Source: Marsupella aquatica (Eukaryota; Plantae; Marchantiophyta). Taken from it: a DNA stretch of 64,000 nt. Shown here in pieces: positions 11,801 to 22,573 of this stretch (positions are counted from its first letter, which is position 1; the number at the start of each line of letters is the position of its first letter). The notes under the pieces were generated by a model. The model had not been told where the DNA came from, did not search any database, and saw only the letters and a program-made list of their open reading frames with translations. The DNA lies in contig OZ316891.1 of assembly GCA_973895155.1 (NCBI GenBank), forward strand, positions 2,927,801 to 2,991,800. Direction: 5' to 3'. The position numbers were made by a program, and so were the translations under genes.

Positions 11801-13546
11801 GAAGCAGTATTCTGTACTAGCCCCGTTGCCGCTGCCGTTCTCCTTTCCTTCTCCAGCAATTTTAGCAGATTTTGCATGCCTGGTTGTTGCATCGGCAAGT
11901 CCTCCTTCCTCAACCTAAACACCTGCTCGATTGTAGGACTGTCGGGCTGGGTCGGTTTCTCTGTTGTCGGCCTCGGTTCCGGAACCTCCTCTGGTGCTCT
12001 TGCCTGCAGGGGCAGTACCGGGGCGAATATCTGGCTTCGGGCATATCGGCACAACAACGGCATGTGATAACCAAGCCGGGACACGCTTCCCATGCCGATC
12101 ACCAGCTGTTCCTCCTTCAAGATCTTCTTTAGTTGGGTTAGGAGGTACCCTTTGTAGTCTCGGCTTGGGTCTGGCCTCTCCGCCAGATAGACCTGTGCCT
12201 TGCCAATCTCTGCCCTCGGCAAGTTACAATGCATGGTCACCTGCAAGAAATTGATCATTTCTCCTATGTGCGGGTCGGTACAGGTGTTTCGGAAGAAGCC
12301 ATTCTTTGTTGATGGCCCTGGAAACGACCGGAACTCCTTGTCTGGCAAGGTCTTCCTGGTATCTACTTTGGTCTTATTGCCCATCGGCAAGCCAAACACT
12401 TTGGCAATCACCCGGGGAGTGAGATAGAAATCCTTCCCATACACCCTTGTGGAATTGGTCTCGGGCTCCCATGATCCCATGAATTCGAGTAAGTCTGAAT
12501 CCGGCACCTCCAACTTCAGCCATGGTAACTTTACGAATGCTTCCAAGCCGGATCCGGCCATGAAGCCCTGGTATTTCCGAGTCTGCATAGCCGTAAAGCA
12601 TGCATCCTCTTCCCGCGCTAAGTGTAATTTCACCTCCTCGGGGAGGGTCGCCGCCCAGCCTTTCCAGGTGTCATCTCTTGTTGGAACGACATTGATGGGG
12701 TCAACCTCCTCCTCTTTGGCTTCCGCCTGCCTCCTCCTTCCTTGCTCTGTTGGTTTCCTAGGTGCCACCGACCTCGTTCTTTTTGCAGGGGTGGCTTCTT
12801 CATTGTTGTTCCCTTTCCTCTTCATAGCGGCTGCCGTGGATGTTTCTCCTAGCACCCCTCGTCCACCCCTCCGTGCTACCCTTCAACTCCCACTGTATGT
12901 CGTTGCAGCGATTGATGGCCTCCCGGATGCCGACTATCCTGTTCTCACAAAACAGAAGATCATCGAGTTTGTCGGCAGTAGGCGTCCACAAGAATTCAGC
13001 CGTAATGAGTTTTCCTCCTAAGAAAGCAGACTTCTGCAGCTCCCACAGCCGAGCGAGCTCCTGCTGTTCTCAAGCCGCTCTCTCTGATTCTTCGTCCTAG
13101 TAGGTCCCAATGTACTCAGTTGCCCGTTCTAATAGGCATCCCCAAAAATGAGCAGCTTGCTTGACGTTGCTCATACCCCTCTTGAGTTGATCGTCGGTAT
13201 CTGCTTCCACCCCGAGTGCTTGCCTGAGCAGCGGGCAGCAGTTGGCCTCCCGTAGTCGTCTGCTTGGCTTGTGTTTGCAAATGAGCCGCCAGTCCTTGTG
13301 CTCGGTCCTTACCCCCCCCCCTCTTGGCTGGTCCTCCTTCCCGTTAGTAGCCGCCAGTACCTAGCGCACCTTAACCCTAATCGTGTTTCCCCCGACGTCC
13401 TTACTTTTGGCCCTTGGCTCGGGTTCCATAGTCACCCTTAATTGTTTATATTTCCCTATTTTTGTTACTATACTAAGGTGTTTCCTAAGGTACACTCCTG
13501 ATTTTACTAATTAAACTGGCCTAATGATTCCTGGCTAGGCATCACA
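8880..13546 (-). repeat. 5' LTR of the Gypsy element, 4667 bp
   Basis: TGTGATGCC...GCACCACA termini, followed by the PBS. Homologous end to end with the solo LTR at 54070..58705. Confidence 0.93.
9775..13429 (-). pseudogene. Disrupted full-length copy of the LTR-encoded protein (5' LTR copy)
   Basis: Fragments 12855..11422, 11169..10585 and 10572..9775 are colinear with the 1199-aa ORF. Nonsense changes at ~13098, 11422, ~11336 and 10585, and a frameshift near 12856. Confidence 0.92.
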
Positions 13547-16500
13547 ACGCGTTTCTGGATTTTCAGAAAGGTCGAAGGGTGCCGTGGAGGGCCCACGTCG
13601 CGCATCCTGCATCAAAAATCTGTTGGGTTTGGGATCAATCCGTCTGTTTCTGCTTGGTTCTCCGCGAGTGCCTAATCTTCTCTTCTATTTGCTGCCTCAC
13701 TATAGCTGCGTCCCCACCCTCTACCTCCCGTCGTACCTGAGATTCGGCCAGCGCTATGTCCAGTGTTAGCGGCAGAAAATCTTCCAGCCGGGTTCGTAGA
13801 ACTCATCGTGCGTATACCTAACGTTTCCTTTAGTTCGACTAGAGTATCTGAGTACCGCCGTGTCTATACAATAGTAATGCCAAGGAGAGCTTCTTTCTGG
13901 ACACAGGTGAGACCAGGTGTTAGATCCCCCACTTCTCCAAATCGAAGAACGAGGTACAAGCTCCACCGACGAGGACCAACCACCGAGTATCTAGTTCCCC
14001 AATCTCCACCGATTAGCCCCGATCCTCGAGCAGTGGAGCACAAGAGATGTCCCCGGATGTCCCCTTCTCCCTTGGCTTCGGTCATGAGTTCGTGTTCAGC
14101 CTGGATACCAAATCATTCAGGCAAAGGCTCTCGAATCGGCATCCGATTACCTCTTCTCGATGTAGAAATGAAATCCAAATCTTTAGTGCAAATCCAGCCA
14201 TATACATTCGAGATCCAAAGCTTGCATCCTCGAGCTCGCTCCGCTCATGCTCCGCTCTCTCAGCTCCCTCCAACTCCGTGAGACTCACTTATTATACTCT
14301 AGTATTTCATAATGAAATGATGAAGTTAGAAAAACTCTAAAATATTGCCTAATAAACCAAAATGTCCATGTACCTAAATGTTTGACAAAATGTCTACATA
14401 ACCAATATAACTTAGATGGATGACAATAAATCTCATTGTGTATTTAACACTTGGTCTTTGAAAAACAATCCATTATTATTTTTAATACTAACACAAGCCT
14501 GGTCCATCCTAGCCTAAATTTAGTTTGGACACATAAAACATTTAGTTTTCATAAAATTATTATCAACTATGTGTAGCAATTAGTATAGTTGGGAGTTCAT
14601 GATCATCAAGCTTCCACCGTGATCATTAATAACTTACTATCTATCTACTTCTATAATATGCAATCCCATCAAAAATTGAAAATGAAGAAAATCAACCTGA
14701 GCCATCAGATTTTTAAGAAGTTTTTGTGTATTCTTGGATTGATTGACCAAGAGCGTCAAATGATATACTTCTCTTTATAGTAGAACACAGAGTACATGAG
14801 ATGATTCTTATGTGTCATTCTTATGTGACACCATCTAGAATGTGACTTTACCACAACTTTTTTCTAGGGCTTGGATGTTACATACTATGAATGAATGGGC
14901 AAATAAATTTGATTAAAACCTTGATGAGTGAATTATTTGTGTATTTCTCTTGCAAACTAGGATAACAAAATCCATGATGAGTCAAATACTTCTATACTAT
15001 AGAATTACCCTGGGGGTCTCAATATATGGGGACCTCCCGTAATCACTAAAATCTATCTATCCACCACTCTTAACATTACAGCTGATTATGGGTCTAGTTA
15101 GAGACTGTTGTAATTCTAAATTTTTTGTGAAAAATACACATCATCCCAAAAATTCTAAACCATTGGATCAGTATAATTGGACCATCTAGATTCATTTCAT
15201 GTGTGAACATGGTGTGAACACTAGTGTGGAACAAAAGTAAAAATTGACTCTCAGTTATTGTGGATGTTTCTAATTGGAGCATCTAGATTTCTTGCATGTG
15301 TGAATAGTTGTATGCATAATCATGTGGGGACAAAAACGATAACTGGTGTCAGATTCCATTCGAATGTCATACCAAAATAGATGCATGTCGATTTCTCATC
15401 ATTCCTCTCAACCATGCCATGCCAAAATTTTTATATCCAATTAACTTACCCCCAATTCCATGCCTCCACATCTATTTTCCATCAACTAATCATCAAACAC
15501 TATAAGACACTATCCATCCAAAAAGTATTGTAGTCTTTTACAATATACTGAGAAAAAATTGAGAATCAATCAGACCTGCTTTTTAATCAAAACTTGAATT
15601 TTTTTGGTACCATCAGATCCACCTAGACACTCCTCCCACCTCAAATGTCTGTCCAATGCCTGCCCACATCTGCCCAAAATGGAAATTAAATAATTTTTGG
15701 AGACTATGAATATATAAACTTTTATTAAAATATGTATTCAAAGTAACTTAAAAAGTAATATAATTAAAATACACTCCCCCATATTGTGCAATCATGCTTG
15801 AACACCCATCACGCGTGCCCATGCACTAACCTTCGCCCTCCCCAACAACAACATTTTCACAACAACAACCTTGGGGGACTCACGCCAAAGGGGGTCTCAC
15901 ATCACATGCAAAGTTTTGGAGGAATAATACCCTAAAATATAAGTAAAAAATATTTATCACATTTTTGCAACCCTGACCTTTTAGTATAAACTTGGAATGT
16001 TCCCAATTCAGTTTTTTATTTTTATTTTTTTAAGGCAAAATCTATGAAACCCCACAAAAAAGAACAGGCAGTCACAACATTTGAACCCAAGACTTATCAG
16101 TCTTTACTCAAGTGAGCTAAAACACAACCATGCTTCCCTGGGCCCAAAAACCATTATTTTAACTCTTATAAATTTCAAAACTTGATTGAAACACCTCTAA
16201 TTCTCTTCCACAATAATTTATAAGTCTTTCACTAAACCCAATAAAAAATCATATACTTATTCATGCATTATGGGTTAAAAGAAATAAGTGAGGACCTTGG
16301 GACAACAACAACAATGACCAAAATGATCACATTAATTTTTCAATACCAACAACCCAACCAAAATGAGGAAACTTTTGCCCATGAAGTATAGCAAACTGTC
16401 CCGTGCTTTTTACTCTATCGCTCTATCATGGTCGTCTTCCAAAATTTGGCGTCTTACGTACCAATGAAAGACAGTGAAGAAAAACATGGAAGGAGAGACC

Positions 16501-16689
16501 TTGCAAGTAACAACTTATTGGATGCCGTGCAAATCTTTAGAACTTTTCTTATGAGTACTCTCAAACCCTCCAACCAAGCAAAACTTGCTATGATTCCCCG
16601 CCAACCGAGCAAAAGCACTGAAGCTGACTAAGCCAGCTTCATCATTTAGATGATTTTTGTGCTTTCTAAATTCATTTCTATTGCAATGG

Positions 16690-17645
16690 ATACAAATAGC
16701 TGCAAGTTTATCACTTTCAGAATAGACACGATGGTCTATTTTGGTGGAATCTTAGTACCAATGAAGGCCAAAGTTGAGAATTAAACATATGCAGAGTCAG
16801 TCAATGATTAGTTTTCCACATACGATACACATTGGGACATGAATGCCTTCTAAGCCAATTTACTTAAGCCAACTTTAAGCCAATTTGACCTAGGAAAATT
16901 AGACCTGAGCTTACCTCACCTAAGCCAATCTGACCAGGGAAAACCTTGGCTAAGCCAAGTTGGCCTTTGCCAACCTAATTATCTAAGCCAACTTCAAAAT
17001 TTAGATCCAACTTTGCGGATTTTTAATTTCATTTCTATTGGATAAAAAAGGTGTGAGTTTATTGCCTGATAGTGTAGACATAGTCGTATATTCTGGTAAA
17101 AGATCAGTATCACAGCTTGAAGTTGAAAAATAAAAATGTACAAAGATATATAGAATAGACTCAGAAATAGACGAAGCTAACCAGTGATCAGTTTGCCGCA
17201 CTACACAAATGTCTTCTATATAATGTGACACCTAAGATGATTTCACCTAAGCTGATTTACCTAAGTTGACCTTAAGTAAGTCAACCTCACCTAAGCAAAT
17301 ATGACCTCTGCCAACCTCACCTAAGCCAAATTGACATTGGCTCATGTTATCTAAGCTGAATTCAAAATTTAGACCATGGTCGTGTATTTTTACTTTAGTT
17401 CCAACTTGATGTAAACCCTAAAAATTTCTGAGCTCACAGAATAGACATGGTGGCTATATATTCTGGTAAAATTAATCTTAGTACCAATGGCACTCGGGGT
17501 CAAGAATTAAAAATAAGCAAAGATCCCCAACATTTATCTGGTTAGTTTGTCCACAAAAGACATAATCAAATGCCTTCTAAACTGATTTTACCTAGGCAGA
17601 TCTGACCTGAGCCAAGCTCACCTAACATGATCTGACCTAGGAAGT
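16690..17645. repeat. Degenerate ~360-bp tandem repeat (~3 units) with internal ACCTAAGCCAA-type subrepeats
   Basis: TAGACA...TATTCTGGTAAAA blocks recur at ~16720, ~17075 and ~17440, each followed by arrays of CCTAAGCCAA-like units. Confidence 0.6.
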
Positions 17646-18472
17646 AGGACTTTAAAAAAACATTTTCATTATGGGAGTGTTTGTGCTCTTGTTGTTTGGG
17701 TTTGATTGGTCGTCGCCTTCTTTCCACCCTTTATTCTTAAACAAATGGATTTTCAGGGAAACAAAGAAAAACAATTCAATCAATCTAGGAATTAATGTGG
17801 CCTGGAAGAATTAGTAAAAAAGGAAACTTATTGCTAGTCGTGTTGATATAGATGTATTGAAGAGCCAATGTACAACATACAAAGTATCTTGACTTAGAGA
17901 CATTTCATTCACCCAATTTAGGGTGTGTCCTTGATCAACATAAAAAATTCATTATACATTAACACCATACATTGGTCATAGTTTTGGCAAGTCACAAAGT
18001 CAGCTCCGTGACACAATACTCTTGAGTTCTCCCTCCAACTCTTGACCATTAATATCTAGTGTGAACACAATGGAGTGTTACTCAAAGGTATAGGCCCTCT
18101 CCTCTAGTCCAACCTCAGCAGCACTTAAACATGGTTAAGTTTTGCTCAGACAGTTAACTTATTTAGCTACTTCCTAGAGTTAAGTATCAACAAGTTGTTA
18201 ACCCTTTGTATTTCAACAATGTTATTTCTATTTCAACAATGTTGTAATGGATGGAGCACTTGTAAAAGAACCCTACACTCTAATTCTCCCCTGCCCCCTT
18301 CCCCTAATCATATCAAACAACTTTACTAATTTTTTAGTACCAAACAGATTTTGCCTTTGATTTGGTAGAGGCCATTTGATACAAAAGTGATTGGAAAATT
18401 AAAGGTCAATGTTACTAACAAATCCCAACTAGACCCACATACTGGCTATAGTAATCACTAAAATCTATCACA

Positions 18473-20126
18473 TTACAACTGATTATAAGGTGCCCAGGAA
18501 CTAGAAGCCTGCTGCTGCTGATGCATTGAACTGAAAAATGGGAACTCCGAATTGTCCGGTTTCACTTGATTCGACAGTTGTGTTATTTGCCCTTGGCCAC
18601 CAACTCCGTAAGCAAATTGGCTTGTGTCTTCAATTTTGGTGGCGTAATTAGACCGCAGATCAAGATCATTGCTGTACACAGGTTGCAGCTCAGGCCTCCT
18701 CTGGTAGAAAGAAGAACTTGACGCTTCAAAATCAGATCCTGTCGATTCTCTACAACCACAAACACAACCATACCAAGCATTGTTAGGGCCCCGAACATAT
18801 GTAGCACGAAGAAATGAGGCAAGATCAGCTCAATACACAAATCGCTGCAAAGAACGAATCCCACGAGGTCTATCAAGAGCAAAGTACCTCAACTGAGAAC
18901 TGGACAGCATAGCTGCACCATTGTCGAGTTGCAGTCCTGCCCAAGAGCCATGCATCTGCACGCCTTGGCCAACATCCGAACTGCTAGCGACATTCGACCC
19001 ATCATTCAAGCTGGAGGGCCCTTCTCGCCCCGACATACCAAGCATTTCATAGGCCGAAGTCTGCTGCACTGCGCCCTACAACACCCAAAGTAAGCCAGGA
19101 AATCAGTAACGCCAATTGTAGCACACTTAACGCGTGGTTCAAAGAGCCCAAAGACCTCGACGAACGGAAGTGCAGCGGGACGTACCTGTCTATAAACATT
19201 CATATCATTCGCCCCCAGCTCGCCAATCCGCTTTGTGACCTTTCCCAGGGCTTGTGCCAACTCATCCCTTATCTTTACCAAGTGTTCGAGGGAGGAGTAA
19301 TTGTCAAGTAACTCGTCACCGGCGAATAACCTGCAACTAACCAGCGCCCAGACACTGGGATCAAACTCCATGTTCTTTACCAGAACCCATCTCCATAGAC
19401 TCAACAATTTAAGCGAGAACCTGTAAGTCATCCATTGGCGTCCACTTACCTCGCCTTTTGTTCGTAGAAATTTTTTTCTTGCATGACCTTGTGATAGCTG
19501 GCCTTCAATTCCAGATTCTGCAACAGCAAACCTGGTTCTTTAGTGGGTGAGGACAGCAGAAGGTCAGCCATGGGAAAATGGCACACGCTGTACAGTAGTC
19601 CTCAAGTGAGGAGAAGGTTCCGATCAGAGCAGAATGTGATCCATCAAACCAGCCCTAAAAACCCACACCCGCACAACTCTTACCTGCGACTGAAGGTCTC
19701 CATATCCGATCCTCGCAGGTTCTCCGCCTCGCTCATCGTTAAGCTTTTGCAACACCTTGTTGAGATACTCCACGTTCTCAAACTTCCGTTTGACCCTCTC
19801 ATGCTGTGGCGTCGTCGCGTACCGACCTATGACCTCCTCAATTCTGCGCGACGCATTCCAGATTGCGTGAGACCAAGACCTCGGACGAGAAACAGCCCAG
19901 AACAAGACGATCATCATCGACGGGGGGGACGAGAACCATACCTGTCGTCCTTGGAAAATGCTGTCAGCTTTCCAGACGGCGAGAACATAATCACGACAAT
20001 GTCAATATCGCACAGCACCGAGAGCTCATACGCCTTCTTCATCAACCCATTCCGCCTCTTCGAATAGGTCACCTGCCGGTTCGTGGGATTCTCGATCTTC
20101 TTAATCTCCAGCTTCACTCTTCCCAT
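18473..20126 (-). CDS. MIKC*-type MADS-box transcription factor, 340 aa; exons 20126-19942, 19843-19684, 19517-19450, 19330-19186, 19075-18888, 18749-18473
   Basis: [54 protein letters not shown] is an MIKC*-like MADS domain. The I region reads IEEVIGRY...ENVEYL. Five GT-AG introns give a phase-consistent 1023-nt CDS ending in TAA. Confidence 0.9.
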
Positions 20127-20218
20127 GATGACTGCCGCACGAACGAAACGAACGCTAGGCGCTTCGAAGACTGCGACGACTGTAGTCGAGAGAACGCCTT
20201 ACTCCGCCTTCCAAACTA

Positions 20219-20625
20219 TGCTCACTCTCTCTTCCCTTCACTGACAGCTCTCGCTCTTCGCCCTCTTCTAATAAATTGCTATTTCTCTTTCTCCTTCACT
20301 GACACCTCTCCTCGTCGCCCTCCTCTAAATTCCTTACTCTCCTTCACTTCGCCCTATTCTAATAAATTGCTCTTTCTCGTTCTCCTTCACTGACAACTCT
20401 CCTCTTCGCCCTCCTCTAAATTCCTCACTCTCCTTCACTGACAGCTCTTCTCCTCACCCTCCTCTAAATTGCTCAACACTCTCTCGCTCTCTCCTTCACT
20501 GACAGCTCTCTTCCTCGCCCTCCTCTAAATTGCTCACTCTCCTTCACTGACAGCTCTCTCCTCTTCGTCGCAAAGTCGAAAGACGCAAAGTCGAAAAGTC
20601 GAAAGACGCAAAGTCGCAAAGTCAG
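20219..20625. repeat. CT/GA-rich ~50-60 bp tandem repeat (~7 units) plus AAAGTCG short repeats directly upstream of the MADS start codon
   Basis: The unit CTCTCCTTCACTGACAGCTCTC..CTCGCCCTCCTCTAAATT recurs from 20219 to ~20570. Confidence 0.85.
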
Positions 20626-20681
20626 TCAGAAGCGCAAAAAATCGGCAGGCGAAAGTACCCTCGTACAGTACGCGATCGGGG

Positions 20682-20689
20682 TATAAATA
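20682..20689. promoter_or_regulatory. Candidate TATA box (TATAAATA on plus, TATTTATA on minus) ~560 bp upstream of the MADS ATG
   Basis: An isolated AT-rich box in a GC-rich island, inside the quasi-palindrome GGGTATAAATACCC. Confidence 0.4.
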
Positions 20690-22502
20690 CCCGTCCGCCT
20701 GCTCCTGGCCCACGCTGCTCAGCCCGCGCTGTGCGGTCGCGCCTCGGGGCAGATCGCCGCCCTCGGTTCCAGATCCAGCCTCTCCCTGCCCTCGATCTCC
20801 GATCCCGCCCCGTCTCTTTCCTCCCAACTTCACCAGGATTGCTCTCCGGGCTCCCGAGGACCAGAATCTTTTCCACGCTGCCACGGCGGCTGCTCTCCAC
20901 CCGTGGTGCCCACTTATTACGGGGAATCAACCATCGGACCTGGCAGATTCGATTTGTGGTTAGCGATACTCACTGCGGGCCCGTGGATGCGGAGGATCGA
21001 CGGGGGAGCGCTAATCGTCAAGAATTGCGGCGTATAATTAGTCTCCACTACGGAGCCGGAACTCAACTGGCCATGCCCACCCTTGCTGCCCCTTACCCGG
21101 GGTGGTGGACGCGCCTACGTCGTCCTTCTGCCGTCGATTCTCCGGCCATCGGTGACGAGGCCCTGTGTGGGCTACGAGTTCGTCCATCTGCCGTCGATTC
21201 TCGGCCATCGGTGACGATATGGGTTGGGACCTTGCTCCGCTCACGGCGCTCCATTCCGATCCCGTCCGCGTCGCCGTGTAGTCGCTGCCGATTGGCCTGA
21301 TGCCCTTGCCCTCCTCCCCATCAGCCGGATCCCGTTGACCACTCCACGGGACTGTACCGCTGGCTGTCCATGCGGAGGAGAAAATACTGCACGGGATGAA
21401 ATATTATCTGACGGGTATCCGTACATAGGAAGGTTCGGCTGTGGACGAGCTGCCAGACTCGCCAGAGTACCTGGCCTGAGGACGACCCTCGGTCCGTTAC
21501 TGGTGGGCTGCTGCCGTTTGCTCTGATCCGCTGGACAACGAAGCTTGTCGTGTCCCTGACCTCGGCGGTGTTTTTGAGTTTCTTTATACGGTGCAGAGTG
21601 ATCCATCATAGGAATAGAAAGGTTCCTGCATAATAAAACAAACTAGCTCAAAAATCCCTGTTCCCCGTCCCCAGAATCCCTTGCCAGACCCTCCTAGCAA
21701 GTGTAATCTAAATATGCAATTGGCCTGAATGCACGAGTAACTGGATGATGAGTATATGCTCATTTCCAGTTCCAACTGTTCCCAAGAGTTATGATCTAGA
21801 GACTTCATGGATACCTTAGGCCCTTATCCCTTTGTCCTATCAATCCAAGGCACTTTATGAAATAGATATTGGCCAAGGAGTAAGGCAGTGGGGAATTTTG
21901 AGGGGTAGTTAGGCAAATTCTGTGTTTGCACAATAAAAAACTCACAGAAACAAGGTTTTGCGCTTATTTTGGGGGAAAACTGAAAGTAAATCAAGTCAAT
22001 CACATGAATCAGGTTAATTGGATGATGAGGATCTGTCTGGGCTTTCTTTTGCTAGAAGTATCATCCACTTACATGTATCTCATCCACATGTGAAATAAAC
22101 CACACAATGCCCTGAGGGCTGAACCCAGATCAACTCAACTGGAACCCCAATAATCACCAAGGCCACACTTTGGGTCACACACATTGTTGATGCTATAACT
22201 TTGATTTTTTTAAGGTCTCATTTGTGCCAGTTTTGTTTAAAATACAACTGCCACATACTATGAAAGAGGCCTTGCCCCTAGCCTGCCTCTACTCATTTGC
22301 CTAGGTGTACAACAGATTTACCCTACAGGCTCTCCAACTCACTTTTCATCATAAAACCCTTGGACCCTGGAAATATGAGCTATATGAAAATATTAGCGGC
22401 ACAACAATGCATCCTCAAGAGGGTTTAATATATATATTTTACATCCTATGAAACATCAAAGTCTGTACTTGCAATCAAAGCTTCAAAAATGCGTTGAATG
22501 AT

Positions 22503-22573
22503 TGTCATCGTCGGGATTAAAACCTCGGACCTCCTGGTTGGCATCCAGACACCCTGACCAGTAGGATATGAAG
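22503..22573 (-). pseudogene. Degenerate tRNA-like sequence (Gly-GCC-like loop), probably a SINE or repeat head
   Basis: The minus strand shows an A-box-like TATCCTACTGGT, a stem-loop CTGG-ATGCCAA-CCAG and a B-box-like GGTTTTAATCC. Acceptor and T stems pair poorly. Confidence 0.4.

Larger units (their letters stand above)
825..13546 (-). mobile_element. Ty3/Gypsy LTR retrotransposon, non-chromovirus, degenerate, with giant ORF-bearing LTRs
   Basis: Order is 5'LTR-PBS-gag-PR-RT-RH-INT-PPT-3'LTR. LTR copies at 13546..8880 and 2639..825 are near-identical. No chromodomain follows INT. Many stops and frameshifts. Confidence 0.95.

Noticed and set aside
13547-14340. GC-rich ORFs (172 aa and shorter) next to the Gypsy 5' LTR
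   Set aside because: No recognisable domain or consistent splice pattern; probably decayed repeat or intergenic sequence.
20219-20560. miR156-like sequence (TGCTCACTCTC and TGACAG) in the MADS upstream repeat
   Set aside because: Only partial matches in low-complexity CT sequence; no full 20-nt match and no precursor hairpin.
20640-21620. Overlapping 100-190 aa ORFs upstream of the MADS gene
   Set aside because: Expected by chance in a GC-rich promoter island; no domain similarity recognised.
22503-22573. Functional tRNA-Gly gene
   Set aside because: Acceptor and T stems are mismatched and the T-loop is non-canonical (TTTTAAT); kept only as a tRNA-like relic.
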